Below are positions 15,206 to 25,116 of a stretch of 46,541 nucleotides of DNA, piece after piece (the stretch's first letter is position 1; every line of letters starts with the position of its first letter). The notes under the pieces were generated by a model. That model had not been told where the DNA came from, searched no databases, and was given only the letters and a program-made list of their open reading frames with translations. This DNA is from a virus (Duplodnaviria; Caudoviricetes), in the IMG/VR virus record IMGVR_UViG_3300023100_000002, positions 1 through 46,541 of that record, one strand, 5' to 3'. A program made the position numbers and the translations under genes.

Positions 15206-16317
15206 GTATGCTTAATTTCTCCGACAAGGTATCTACAAGTGCGGTTCGTAAAACGTCTGACGGCTACCTTGTCGCAGATGCGGCCGTGGCGCGGACTGGT
15301 ATTCAAGAATATCTAGGGCGCGAAGTCGGCAAGCCTGAGATGCAGATTGTTAGGGTCTATCGTCCGGCTGAACAAGTGTTCGCCAAAGATGCGATGAAGA
15401 CTTATGCCCATCGCCCCATGACTAATGACCATCCTAAGCAGTCAGTTACTTCCGAAAATTGGAAGGATGTTGCTATCGGCCAGACTGGTGGCGATGTGAT
15501 GCGAGATGGTGAGTTTGTCCGTGTCCCGCTTGTTCTTATGGATCAGAAGGCGATTACCGATTGGGAAGACGGAAAGGTAGAGCTTTCCATGGGGTATTCC
15601 GCTGACATTGTTTTCCAAGCTGGAGTAACTGATTCCGGCGAGGAATACGATGCGATTCAAACCAATCTTCATATGAATCACTTGGCATTGGTCGATAAGG
15701 CCCGTGGCGGTGATAAACTTCGTATCGGCGATTCGGGCAGTGCCGATATTATTCATCCCGCCCAGCCTACAAATGAAGGAGGCCACATGGCCGATAACAC
15801 CCGTAAGGTCATGTTCGATGGCCTTGAAATTGAAGTAACGCCGCAGGGCGCTCAGGCTATTGAGAAGCTGACCAAGCAGGTTAGCGATGCAAAGTCTGAG
15901 TTTGTTGCTCTGGCCGACTCCCATAAGGCTGTGGTTGCTGCCAAGGACACCGAGATTGGCGAACTGACTGCCAAGTTGAAGGATGCCGAAGGCAAGTTCC
16001 TCTCTGATGCCGACATTGATGCCCGCGTTGCCAAGCGCGCCGAACTGGTGGCTAAGGCTACTGCGGTTGTTGCTGATGCCGACTACACCGGCAAGTCGGA
16101 TTCGGAAATCCGTAAGCTGGTTGTGGCTAAGAAGCTGGGCGACTCTGTGGTTGATGGCAAGTCCGATGAGTTCGTGGCTGGCTGCTTCGCTATGCTGGCT
16201 GATTCCAAGGATTCCGTTGCTGATGCAGTGAAGTCCGATGCACACAAGGCTAATCTCAGTGATTCGCAGTCTGAGTATGAGGCCCGTCTCCGCAATGCTC
16301 ATAAGGAGGTCAAGTAA
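15202..16317 (+). CDS. Head maturation/scaffold protein (DUF2213-type)
   Basis: ARTGIQEY, ELSMGY, NHLALVDKARGG, then a helical scaffold region. Confidence 0.88.
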   Translation: MSMLNFSDKVSTSAVRKTSDGYLVADAAVARTGIQEYLGREVGKPEMQIVRVYRPAEQVFAKDAMKTYAHRPMTNDHPKQSVTSENWKDVAIGQTGGDVMRDGEFVRVPLVLMDQKAITDWEDGKVELSMGYSADIVFQAGVTDSGEEYDAIQTNLHMNHLALVDKARGGDKLRIGDSGSADIIHPAQPTNEGGHMADNTRKVMFDGLEIEVTPQGAQAIEKLTKQVSDAKSEFVALADSHKAVVAAKDTEIGELTAKLKDAEGKFLSDADIDARVAKRAELVAKATAVVADADYTGKSDSEIRKLVVAKKLGDSVVDGKSDEFVAGCFAMLADSKDSVADAVKSDAHKANLSDSQSEYEARLRNAHKEVK

Positions 16318-16736
16318 TGGCCGTTCAGAATGCTTACGTTGAAAACATTCCGGCTGGCGTGCCGGGCGCGATTGTTGACATGATTCCGAAGACCCTGATT
16401 TCTCGCACCGTTGAGACGGCTGCGGGTATCGCCTTCGGCCTTCCGGTCTATCGAGGTACTGGCGATAAGGGTGTCGTTGCCACCGGCACTGCTGCTAACT
16501 ATGTTGGCTTTACCGTGCTGGATCGTTCGGTGCGTGAAGGCAGTCTGTTCAGTCAGTATGAGTCGGCCCGAGTCATGACCGATGGCGCTATCTGGATCAC
16601 CGCTCCGGCCAATGTCGCTGACGGCGCTGCTGTTGTTATCGGTGGCGTGACCATTCCTGGTGCGTTCTATCAGACCACCGCCACTTCCGGCCAGTTGGCT
16701 CAGGTCCGCCTGAACCGCGTCGCCCCCGGCGCCTAA
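16317..16736 (+). CDS. Capsid decoration/cement protein
   Basis: GIAFGLPV...VMTDGAIW; lies between scaffold and MCP. Confidence 0.75.
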   Translation: MAVQNAYVENIPAGVPGAIVDMIPKTLISRTVETAAGIAFGLPVYRGTGDKGVVATGTAANYVGFTVLDRSVREGSLFSQYESARVMTDGAIWITAPANVADGAAVVIGGVTIPGAFYQTTATSGQLAQVRLNRVAPGA

Positions 16737-16748
16737 AGGATAATTAAT

Positions 16749-17672
16749 ATGGCATTTTTTAACGATGCACAGGCTGCGCTTGGTTTCGCACTGAGCCAGA
16801 CCAGCTACATTGAGCGAACCGTAAATCAGACCGTATACCCGGACGTACAGTATGCGAACCTGATTCCGGTTGATACCTCGGCTAACCCGTGGGCCAAGTC
16901 GGTCACCTACTTCTCGGGCGATAAGTTCGGCCGTGCGGATTGGATCAACGGCAATTCGGATGACATTCCGATGGCCGGAACCAATCTGACCAAGTTTGAG
17001 ACTCAGGTGTACACCGCTGGTATCGGCTACGGCTGGGGGCTGGAAGAACTGGAACAGGCTCGTATGCTGGGCCACAACCTCCCGGCTGATGACGCCATGG
17101 CTGCCCGCCGTGCCTATGAAGAGATGGTTGACCGTGTTGCATTCTTCGGTGATGCGACCAAGAATCTTCAGGGCCTGGTGAACAGCACTGCCGTCACCGC
17201 AACCTCGGCTGCGACCGGTGATTGGGCTACTGCTACCCCGGCTCAGATTCTTGCTGACATTAACGGCGCTCTGATTGGTCAGTTCAGCGGCACGCTGTTC
17301 ACCTCGTTTGCCGATACGCTGCTGATGCCGTATGAGAGCTACCTGCTGCTGGCAACTCGCATGGTCAGCGAGAACAGCGATATGTCGATCCTGAACTGGC
17401 TGCTGGCGAACAACGCCTACACCGCTCAGACCGGTGGCCGACTGGTGATCCGTGGCATTCGTGGCCTCGGCACCGCTGGCGCGGGCGGCACCGCTCGTAT
17501 GGTGGCGTACCGTCGCGACCCGAACGTGGTCAAGATGCACATTCCGATGCCGCATCGCTTCCTGCCCGCTTATGCGGCTGGTCCGATCCGTGTTGAGGTT
17601 CCGGGCATCTTCCGCCTCGGCGGTGTGGACGTGCGCCGTCCGCGCGAAGTGGCCTATGTAGACGGGATTTGA
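16749..17672 (+). CDS. Major capsid protein (DUF2184-type)
   Basis: Position, strong codon bias, YGWGLEELEQA, FFGD...GLVN, GGVDVRRP. Confidence 0.9.
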   Translation: MAFFNDAQAALGFALSQTSYIERTVNQTVYPDVQYANLIPVDTSANPWAKSVTYFSGDKFGRADWINGNSDDIPMAGTNLTKFETQVYTAGIGYGWGLEELEQARMLGHNLPADDAMAARRAYEEMVDRVAFFGDATKNLQGLVNSTAVTATSAATGDWATATPAQILADINGALIGQFSGTLFTSFADTLLMPYESYLLLATRMVSENSDMSILNWLLANNAYTAQTGGRLVIRGIRGLGTAGAGGTARMVAYRRDPNVVKMHIPMPHRFLPAYAAGPIRVEVPGIFRLGGVDVRRPREVAYVDGI

Positions 17673-17679
17673 TGCACCG

Positions 17680-17708
17680 GCCCCGCTTGGAGTGATCTAG
17701 GCGGGGCC
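17680..17708 (+). terminator. GC-rich hairpin after the MCP (attenuator/stabiliser; no U-tract)
   Basis: GGCCCCGCTTGGA/TCTAGGCGGGGCC. Confidence 0.5.
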
Positions 17709-17724
17709 AATCAGAGGGTTTGAT

Positions 17725-18111
17725 ATGGCTAAGTTGAACGAAGTTACTAATAACCACACTGGACCGCTGGGTGTAGGCGGTGTAGTCATTCCGGCCAAGT
17801 CGTCTGCTGAAGTCCCGAATTGGGATAAGGTCAGTAAGAATGGCGTAGTCCAGCGTTGGCTTGATTCTGGCGTTCTGTCGTTGAGCAAGGGCGACAAGAA
17901 TTCGGTACAAGAGCCAGAAGTGTCTGCTGAAGTTGTCGAGAATGTTCAATTCACTGAGCAGGTTCCGGTGCAGGATGGTGCGGAAGCGGATGATGAAGAT
18001 GAGCAGAAGGCTACCCTGATTGCTCAGTTGAAGGAACTGGATATCAAGGCCGACAAGCGTTCGTCGGTCGAGAAACTGCAAGAGAAGCTGGACGAAGCTC
18101 TGGCTCGGTAA
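17725..18111 (+). CDS. Hypothetical protein with C-terminal HeH-like motif
   Basis: LIAQLKELDIKADKRSSVEKLQEKL; GAGG RBS. Confidence 0.75.
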   Translation: MAKLNEVTNNHTGPLGVGGVVIPAKSSAEVPNWDKVSKNGVVQRWLDSGVLSLSKGDKNSVQEPEVSAEVVENVQFTEQVPVQDGAEADDEDEQKATLIAQLKELDIKADKRSSVEKLQEKLDEALAR

Positions 18112-18151
18112 GAACCCCTCGGCCAAGGACGGCCACCTATTAGAGAATCCC

Positions 18152-18661
18152 ATGCAGATTTACGGAACCATTGCTGGCGCAGACGCCTACGCCCTCTCCA
18201 TCGGCAATACTGCATGGGGCCTGCTGTCCACTGATGCTAAGAACGCAGCCCTTGTGCGCGGCTCGCTGTACGTGGATAGCTACAATCGACGTTACCTTGA
18301 TGGCGACTTCAAGTGCTGGTGGGCCTATATCGGCGGAAAGACTGGCGGATGGGCGCAGGAGCGCGAATGGCCCCGTAGCGGCATCGACGGCCTGCCCGAT
18401 AACGTGATCCCAGTGCAGATCGAATACGCGACGTATGAGGCAGCTATCCGCGAGGGCACTAACCCTGGCTCGCTGAATCCTGACTTCGATCGCACCACGC
18501 TGGTCAAGAGTGAGAAGGTTGATGTTCTGCAAGTAACCTACGCCGTTAGTGATAATTCTAACGCTGGCTCGCTGCTACCGTTCATCCCCGCGATTGAGTC
18601 GCTGCTGTCTGCATTCCTTGTCCGTCGTTGCACTGGCGGGCTGGCGATCTACACCGTATGA
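18152..18661 (+). CDS. Head-tail adaptor (DnaT-like-annotated family)
   Basis: YGTIAGADAY...QEREWPR...KSEKVDVLQVTY. Confidence 0.8.
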   Translation: MQIYGTIAGADAYALSIGNTAWGLLSTDAKNAALVRGSLYVDSYNRRYLDGDFKCWWAYIGGKTGGWAQEREWPRSGIDGLPDNVIPVQIEYATYEAAIREGTNPGSLNPDFDRTTLVKSEKVDVLQVTYAVSDNSNAGSLLPFIPAIESLLSAFLVRRCTGGLAIYTV

Positions 18662-18837
18662 GAATCCATCTTCTAAACTGCCCATTTTGTGGAAGTGAAG
18701 CAAAGCTGCTGCCGCCTGAAGATGGCGATCTAGCATGGCCCGATTTTGAGGTAATTTGCATGGGGCAGTATTGCGATGCTCGCCTTACTGGGAACTCTGA
18801 AAAAGATGTAGCCGATTGCTGGAACCGCCGCGCATGA
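18658..18837 (+). CDS. Lar-like (restriction alleviation family) zinc-finger protein
   Basis: LLNCPFCG...VIC...C...WNRR. Confidence 0.75.
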   Translation: MRIHLLNCPFCGSEAKLLPPEDGDLAWPDFEVICMGQYCDARLTGNSEKDVADCWNRRA

Positions 18838-19781
18838 CCCCCGAACAGCACGCAGCCAAGATTCGTGAACTAGAATCGCCGATGGCTGCGGCCTATATGG
18901 CGGAGGTTCGTGCTGTCGAGTCTGAGGCGACTGTTGCTGAGGTTGAGCGTCTGTTGCGTGAGGGTGATTCGGAAGGGTTGGTGGCATACCTGTCCCTTGG
19001 CGCTATGGCTGGATTCCTTGAGCTATTCCGCTCCGCCTTCATCCAAGGTGCGAATAACGAGGCGTTGGGCCGATTCCGGTTCGATAGCAATACATGGGCA
19101 GTCATCAACCTGCTCATGGGTGCGAACCAAGATATTCAGTCCACTTCCGATATGGACCTTCGCAAGTCGGTTGCTGCGGTCATGGGTAATGGCAATACGA
19201 TCCGAAATCAGGCGCTAGACCTCATCGGCGTGCGTAGTCCGCTCACAGGCCGCAGGAGCAGTGGTGTAGTCGGCCTGCCAATCCAGATGACAGAGTGGGT
19301 GCAGTCGGCTAGGCAGCAGCTTCTAAGTGGCGACCGTGCGGCTATGCGGGCATATCTGACGCGTAAGCTGCGTGACACCGCCTTCGACAAGTTCGTGGTG
19401 CCTGGTCAGGCGCTCACGATCAGCCAAGCCAACACTATTGCGCGCGCCTACGCTGACCGGCTAGTGAAGTCATACGCCAAGCAGCTATCCGAGACGATGG
19501 CCGCTCAGGCTTATAACTCAGGCCGATTTCAGTCTGTTCAGCAGATGGTTGAGCGCGGCCTAATCACGCTGGATCAAGTAAGTAAGAAGTGGCGAACCAT
19601 GCGGGATGAGCGAGTTCGTCATAGTCATGCGGTTATGAATGGTCAGGTGCAGCCGCTCAATGGTGTATTCATTAGTGGAAACGGAAACGCACTCTTGTAT
19701 CCCGCCGATCCCAATGCGCCTGACGATGAGGTATATGGCTGCCGCTGTTCGCTAGAATATGTCATCCGAAGGAGATTTTAA
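18834..19781 (+). CDS. Head morphogenesis protein (SPP1 gp7/Mu gpF-like)
   Basis: KKWRTMRDERVRHSH...YPADP...GCRC. Confidence 0.88.
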   Translation: MTPEQHAAKIRELESPMAAAYMAEVRAVESEATVAEVERLLREGDSEGLVAYLSLGAMAGFLELFRSAFIQGANNEALGRFRFDSNTWAVINLLMGANQDIQSTSDMDLRKSVAAVMGNGNTIRNQALDLIGVRSPLTGRRSSGVVGLPIQMTEWVQSARQQLLSGDRAAMRAYLTRKLRDTAFDKFVVPGQALTISQANTIARAYADRLVKSYAKQLSETMAAQAYNSGRFQSVQQMVERGLITLDQVSKKWRTMRDERVRHSHAVMNGQVQPLNGVFISGNGNALLYPADPNAPDDEVYGCRCSLEYVIRRRF

Positions 19782-20173
19782 TGGCCGACATTCACGACAG
19801 AGGCCGCGCCCTCGCAATCCGAATGCTGGCTCCTAGGCCGCAGGGCAAGGGGCTTGGCCTGGTGCTGCGCCAAAAGATAGTTGGCGAGTACAATCCTGAA
19901 ACTGGCGGGCAGGATGTGGGGTGGGATGAATACATGGGGTCGGGTCTGCGAACCAGTTTCGATCTTCAGGACATTGATAACACCTATATCTTAGAAGGTG
20001 ACGTTGAGATCCTAGTGTCTCCTGTTTTGGTTGACCTAGTTACGGATATGCCGAAGCCAAGCACCAATGACGTTATCGACTTCGACGGCAGCTCCTACAA
20101 TGTCATTGGAGTCCGGCCGGGCGACTACGCTGGATTGAATTGCTTCTATAAGGCACATTGCCGTGGCATCTAA
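19781..20173 (+). CDS. Head closure/neck protein
   Basis: GEYNPETG motif; position. Confidence 0.7.
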   Translation: MADIHDRGRALAIRMLAPRPQGKGLGLVLRQKIVGEYNPETGGQDVGWDEYMGSGLRTSFDLQDIDNTYILEGDVEILVSPVLVDLVTDMPKPSTNDVIDFDGSSYNVIGVRPGDYAGLNCFYKAHCRGI

Positions 20174-20606
20174 TGTTCATCACATGACGCGGAAGTTTGG
20201 CGGACTTAGCGGATCGTTTGCTGAGCAGCTTGAGCAGTTCGCTGAAGAAACCATGGATCAGGCGGATGAGATATTCCGTGACGTTGTCATGTTGGTTGCT
20301 GGCGTCATCATCCGGCTATCGCCCGTGGATGTTGGCACATTCCGTGGAGCATGGCGGCTGAGCATTGATGGCTACGACACGTCTGTTCCTGATACTCCTG
20401 ACAAGGAAGGTAGCGAGACTTTGGCAGCAATGCTGGCTGAGGTCCAATCGCTAACTTTTGGGCAGGCTGCATTTATTCAGAACAACCTAAAATACGCCGT
20501 CCCACTCGAGTTCGGCCATTCCACGCAGGCACCAACGGGCATAGTGCGTATCGCTCAAGCTAGGTTTCAGGAATTGGTGCAGCAGGCCATTAGGGAGAAT
20601 CAGTAA
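20163..20606 (+). CDS. HK97 gp10-like tail completion protein
   Basis: SPVDVGTFRGAW...YAVPLEFGHSTQAPTG. Confidence 0.85.
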   Translation: MASNVHHMTRKFGGLSGSFAEQLEQFAEETMDQADEIFRDVVMLVAGVIIRLSPVDVGTFRGAWRLSIDGYDTSVPDTPDKEGSETLAAMLAEVQSLTFGQAAFIQNNLKYAVPLEFGHSTQAPTGIVRIAQARFQELVQQAIRENQ

Positions 20607-20758
20607 TGATGGATCACGAATGCAAGTGCGGCGGAAGGATGGAGCCTGACTTCAACAATCCAGTCCTTCTAACTTTGCCGCCAAAATATTGCTATAAATG
20701 CAAATCATGTGGCGAAGTTAAATATTTCAGTGAAATTCATTCGCAGGCTATCTCATGA
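20606..20758 (+). CDS. Small zinc-ribbon protein (50 aa, not in track)
   Basis: CKCGG...CKSCG; coupled at both ends. Confidence 0.65.
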   Translation: MMDHECKCGGRMEPDFNNPVLLTLPPKYCYKCKSCGEVKYFSEIHSQAIS

Positions 20759-21171
20759 GCCACGCACTTGCCCGCTCCGCCATTGAGACGAAGCTCTTCA
20801 ATTGGGCCAAGGCTAAGAATCCCGTATTGCCATCTGTGTTTGGAATCCAGAAGGCTGACTTGTCTCGGCCCATCTTCATCAAGGGCAATCTCCTACCCGC
20901 CTCGGCGCGGACTGAGTGTCTGCAAGGGGATGAGATTACCTATATCGGGCTATACCAAGTGATGATTTGCTGTGACCCTTCTCAACCTTTCAATGTGGCC
21001 GAAGGTCTTATTAGCGAGATTCAAGCTTTGTTCCCCGTTGACTCAGATATTGGGGTTTCAGCATTCAATGGCAGCATCACCGACGCAGTAGACCAAGGGC
21101 CTACTATCCCCGAAGATTCACGATACAATGTTCCCGTTACGATCCCGTACCGTGGCGTAGTTTCTACATAA
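20755..21171 (+). CDS. Tail terminator (DUF4128-like)
   Basis: GLYQV...VPVTIPYR; precedes the tail tube gene. Confidence 0.8.
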   Translation: MSHALARSAIETKLFNWAKAKNPVLPSVFGIQKADLSRPIFIKGNLLPASARTECLQGDEITYIGLYQVMICCDPSQPFNVAEGLISEIQALFPVDSDIGVSAFNGSITDAVDQGPTIPEDSRYNVPVTIPYRGVVST

Positions 21172-21183
21172 GAGGTTATAAAT

Positions 21184-21837
21184 ATGGCTAAGCGTATGGC
21201 CCTCCCTAATGGCGCTACGGTGCAGATCGCAACTGCTCTGGATGACGCTATCGTTTTCACCACTATCACCAATGCAGCCCCTCCTGTTCTGACTTCGGTC
21301 GGCCATGGTCTCACTGCTGGCGATTACGTAATCGTTAGCTCTGGCTGGTGCGAGCTGGATCAGCAGGCTTATAAGGTCGGCGTGGTTACGGCGGACACCT
21401 TTACCCTGATTGGCGCTAACACGACCAATACCGTCAAGTATCCGCCTGGTGGCGGCGCTGGCTCGGTAAATCAGGTTCTGGATTGGCAGGATGTTCCGTG
21501 CATCACCGATTCCAGCCTGTCCGGTGGCGAGCCGCAGTATGTGGACGTTGAATGCTTGCAGGAAGACAATCCGAAGCGCCTGTTCAATGGCTTCAGCCCG
21601 ATTGACTGGACCATGCAGGTTGCCGACGACGACACGAACCCGTCGATTGCGATTCTGGAAGACCTGAGTGATACGCAGGATACTTCGGTTCTGCGCATCA
21701 TCCTTCGCAGCCTGAAGGAAAAGCTGTATGCAGGTAGCTTCTCGATCAGCCCGGATAGCACCATGAGCCGTGGCGAAGTTATGACCCGTGCCGTTGGCAT
21801 TGCGGTTTCGAAGATCACCAAGTACCCGGCCCCCTAA
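21184..21837 (+). CDS. Major tail tube protein
   Basis: LPNGATV..., SGGEPQY; strong codon bias. Confidence 0.88.
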   Translation: MAKRMALPNGATVQIATALDDAIVFTTITNAAPPVLTSVGHGLTAGDYVIVSSGWCELDQQAYKVGVVTADTFTLIGANTTNTVKYPPGGGAGSVNQVLDWQDVPCITDSSLSGGEPQYVDVECLQEDNPKRLFNGFSPIDWTMQVADDDTNPSIAILEDLSDTQDTSVLRIILRSLKEKLYAGSFSISPDSTMSRGEVMTRAVGIAVSKITKYPAP

Positions 21838-21849
21838 TAGGAGAGATTT

Positions 21850-22233
21850 GTGGGTAAGAAGTTTTCCATCAAGAGCAACCCCACCTTTCCGGCCAAGGTT
21901 AAATGGCCGGTGGTGGGTGGCGATCCAGTAGAGATTGATTTCACTTTCAATTACTTGGGTCGTGAGGCACTTGCGGAATATCAGGCTAAGAAGACGGAAT
22001 ACAGCAATTCACTGCTTGAACTGGCTAAGAATGATTCCAGTAATAGCGAAATTGCCCATAAAGCCATCTCCTATGAGTTTGAGTTTCTGAAGACGATCAT
22101 TGCTGGATGGGGTGTCGATGAGGAATACAACGATGAGAATCTTCGCATCGCTGTATCTGAGGGCACCCATATCACGCATGCCATTGAAGATGCTTTCTTT
22201 GCTGCATACGACAAGGCGCGTCAGGGAAACTAA
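21850..22233 (+). CDS. Tail assembly chaperone (gpG-like)
   Basis: NPTFPAKV...IAGW...ARQGN end with slippery site. Confidence 0.85.
   Translation: MGKKFSIKSNPTFPAKVKWPVVGGDPVEIDFTFNYLGREALAEYQAKKTEYSNSLLELAKNDSSNSEIAHKAISYEFEFLKTIIAGWGVDEEYNDENLRIAVSEGTHITHAIEDAFFAAYDKARQGN
22224..22230 (+). other. -1 programmed frameshift site G GGA AAC producing a gpGT-like fusion
   Basis: X XXY YYZ heptamer in frame just before TAA; the -1 frame is open and in frame with 22266-22559. Confidence 0.85.
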
Positions 22234-22265
22234 AAGAGGTTGCCCAAGAGCTTTACGCCTCCTCG

Positions 22266-22559
22266 GTGGATTTGAAAACGATGGAGGCGCTAGGCTTTGA
22301 TCCCGAAGACTTCGATGAGTCAGATTTGAGCATCGAAGTTTGGGAGTGTAACGCAGATGCCTTCTATGTTTTTGAGGCCATGTGGACTCAATGGAGAATA
22401 GGCATGGCAGGGGCAACCGGGCTGGACTACGCTGCAATGCCCGTAGTCATGGATATGGTAGGTGTAAAGAAAAAACGTAGACCCGAAGTATTCGCCTCGG
22501 TCCGAATTATGGAAAACGTCGCACTAGAAATACAGGCGGAGAATCGAAACCATGACTAG
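22266..22559 (+). CDS. Tail chaperone gpT-like portion (DUF1799-type)
   Basis: TQWRIGMAGATGLDY; reached by -1 frameshift. Confidence 0.85.
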   Translation: MDLKTMEALGFDPEDFDESDLSIEVWECNADAFYVFEAMWTQWRIGMAGATGLDYAAMPVVMDMVGVKKKRRPEVFASVRIMENVALEIQAENRNHD

Positions 22560-25116
22560 CTTTGCACAACTCGGCATTCAGATTGATTCAAATGCCGATC
22601 AGGCGGCATCAAGTCTAGAAAACCTTGCTGCTGCCGGTGCAAAGGCTGAGAAGTCTACCGAAAGGCTCTCCAAGGCCAGTAGCGATCTATCGGCAGAACA
22701 GCAGAAGATCAATGCGCGTGCGGCTGAGATGGCTGCGCAGGACGCTCGCCGTGCCGCTAGCGCACAGAAGGCCAACAACAGCATCAGGGATCAGCAGCAG
22801 GAGCTATCTAAGCTTCTTGGCACCATTGATCCGACTGTAGCTGCACTGGACAGGCTGGATCAGACCGAGCGCAAGCTTGCTTCGTTCCGGCGATCAGGCG
22901 CTATCGATACTGAGTCCTACACGCTCTATAACAATAAGCTGAAGGAACAGCGCGAGCTGCTTAGTGGCGTAGCTGCTAACGTAAACCGTGCTGGCATGTC
23001 GCAGCGGGCCTACAACGCTGCTCTGCGTAACGTCCCGGCTCAGTTCACCGACATTGCCGTCTCGCTTCAGGCCGGACAGGCCCCGTTGACGGTCCTATTG
23101 CAGCAGGGCGGGCAGCTCAAGGATATGTTCGGCGGTATCGGGCCTGCATTCAGGGCACTCGGTGGCTATATCGTTGGGCTGATTAATCCTGTCACCGTAC
23201 TAGGCGCTGCGGTCGGCACTCTTGGCGTGGCCTGGTATCAGGCAGGGCAGCAGCAAGAGGATTTGGAGAAGGCACTAATCTCTAGCGGGCGTTACGCAGC
23301 GTCCAGCAGCGAGGAACTGAACCGCCTTGCTGATGCTTACGACAACATCGACGGCGTGACCCGTGGTAAGGCCCTAGAGGCGCTTACTCAGGTGGCCGCT
23401 AGTGGCAGGCTGACCGGCGAGCAGTTCCGGCTGGCTACCGAATCGGCGCTTAGGTGGTCAGCGGTCACGGGCGACTCTGTAGACACGATCACGTCCAAGT
23501 TCAACGATATTGCACGCGATCCAGTCAACGCACTGCTGAAGTTGAATGAAACTGAGCGATTCCTTACGGAAACTCAGTATGAGCGGGTGAAGGCGCTTCA
23601 AGAGGAAGGCCGATTCCAAGATGCTGCCACGGAAGCGGCTCGCATTTATGCGGATACGGTCAATGGGCGCGCTACTGAGATTGAGGCTAGCTTGGGCCTG
23701 GTATCGACCGCATGGAAGAACATCAAGAATGAGACTGGCGAGGCATGGGACGCAGTGGTCAGCGGTATCAACCGCGCCCAAGGTCCATTGCAGGCATTCG
23801 CTGACCGTGTTGCAGGACTGAGCGAGCTTCAGCGCAAGTCTGTTATTGCCCTCGTTGGCACCCTAAACCTCCCGGCAGGCATCATCACACGATTCGGGGG
23901 CAATGCCTTCCGTGGCGTTAGTAGCTCGGTCGATAGCACGGCAGGTTCTGGCGATACTGCTGCAATTGATAGTGCTGAGCTGAAGAGGCAGCAGGACGCT
24001 GCCAAGGCTACTGCTGATAGGGCGCGTAGTTGGGACACCATCGTTGCATCCACCGATAAGGCCAAGCGCAATCAGATCGAGCTTCAGCGCATTCAAGAAG
24101 CTGGCGTGGCTGCTGGCGTTGCACAGGTTGATATTGACCGCCAGAAGGATGCGTACCTCGCATCTCAGGTCGAGAAGACTCGAAAGGTTAAAGAAAACAA
24201 GACGGAAGAAGATAAGGCTGCTGTAGCCCTGCTCCGCAACTACACCTCAATCACTGAGCAGCTTGAACGACAAATCGCGCTGACCGGTGACAATACCAAC
24301 CTTGGGCGTATTAACTACGACATTGCGAGTGGCAACCTAAAGGGCCTTGGCGCTGATGAGCAGGCAAGGTTGAGGAATCTTGCGCAGACTGAGGATGCGC
24401 TGTCAGACTTCGAAGCGATCTACGGCAGCAGCTATGCCACGATCACGGCTATCACAAAGGAAAGCACCGACCTAATGGCCCAGTATGGCATTCAGGCTGC
24501 TCGCAACATACAAACCTCGTTTGCTGACTTCCTTTTTGATCCATTCGCCGATGGACTTGGCGGCATGGTCGAAGGGTTCGCAAAGTCTCTTCAGCGCATG
24601 GCTGCTGAGGCCGCATCGGCAAAGGTATTCCAGACAATCGGAAGCTTCGCATCCGGATATACCGGCGCAGGCTCTGGATTCATCAATTCGATTGGCTCGC
24701 TTATTGCTGGCGGAAAGGCCGATGGTGGTTACACGGGTCCTGGCGGCAAGTATGAACCTCGGGGCATCGTCCACGCTGGTGAGGTTGTTTGGAGCCAGCG
24801 GGACGTGGCAGCCGTTGGTGGGCCGAAGCAGGCTAACTCAATGCGGCCTACTTCCGGATACGCTAATGGTGGCATCGTCGGCCAATCCTCCGGATCAATG
24901 TATTCCGGTAAAAATGTACAATTCAACGTGAAAGTGACTAACGCGCCGCAGGGCATGGGTGCAGACGCAAGGGCTACGCCTAATCAGACGGGCGGATTCG
25001 ACATTGAGGTAATGATGAAAGAGATTGCAGTCAATGCCGTGGCAGACAACTTGGCTAATGGCGGGGTCGTGGCTCAGGCAGGTCAAAGCCGATATGACTG
25101 GAATACCCGAGTATGA
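22552..25116 (+). CDS. Tape measure protein
   Basis: PAQFTDI...QQGGQLKDMFGG, long helical Ala-rich body, GGYTGPGGKYEPRGIVH. Confidence 0.95.
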   Translation: MTSFAQLGIQIDSNADQAASSLENLAAAGAKAEKSTERLSKASSDLSAEQQKINARAAEMAAQDARRAASAQKANNSIRDQQQELSKLLGTIDPTVAALDRLDQTERKLASFRRSGAIDTESYTLYNNKLKEQRELLSGVAANVNRAGMSQRAYNAALRNVPAQFTDIAVSLQAGQAPLTVLLQQGGQLKDMFGGIGPAFRALGGYIVGLINPVTVLGAAVGTLGVAWYQAGQQQEDLEKALISSGRYAASSSEELNRLADAYDNIDGVTRGKALEALTQVAASGRLTGEQFRLATESALRWSAVTGDSVDTITSKFNDIARDPVNALLKLNETERFLTETQYERVKALQEEGRFQDAATEAARIYADTVNGRATEIEASLGLVSTAWKNIKNETGEAWDAVVSGINRAQGPLQAFADRVAGLSELQRKSVIALVGTLNLPAGIITRFGGNAFRGVSSSVDSTAGSGDTAAIDSAELKRQQDAAKATADRARSWDTIVASTDKAKRNQIELQRIQEAGVAAGVAQVDIDRQKDAYLASQVEKTRKVKENKTEEDKAAVALLRNYTSITEQLERQIALTGDNTNLGRINYDIASGNLKGLGADEQARLRNLAQTEDALSDFEAIYGSSYATITAITKESTDLMAQYGIQAARNIQTSFADFLFDPFADGLGGMVEGFAKSLQRMAAEAASAKVFQTIGSFASGYTGAGSGFINSIGSLIAGGKADGGYTGPGGKYEPRGIVHAGEVVWSQRDVAAVGGPKQANSMRPTSGYANGGIVGQSSGSMYSGKNVQFNVKVTNAPQGMGADARATPNQTGGFDIEVMMKEIAVNAVADNLANGGVVAQAGQSRYDWNTRV

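Noticed and set aside
15442-17555. Long minus-strand ORFs (286 aa, 418 aa; also 29331-30218)
   Set aside because: Antisense shadows of strongly codon-biased structural genes; no recognisable motifs
17660-17725. Frameshift or readthrough extending the major capsid protein into the next ORF
   Set aside because: Both the readthrough frame and the frame of 17725 hit stops before the next gene; no slippery heptamer
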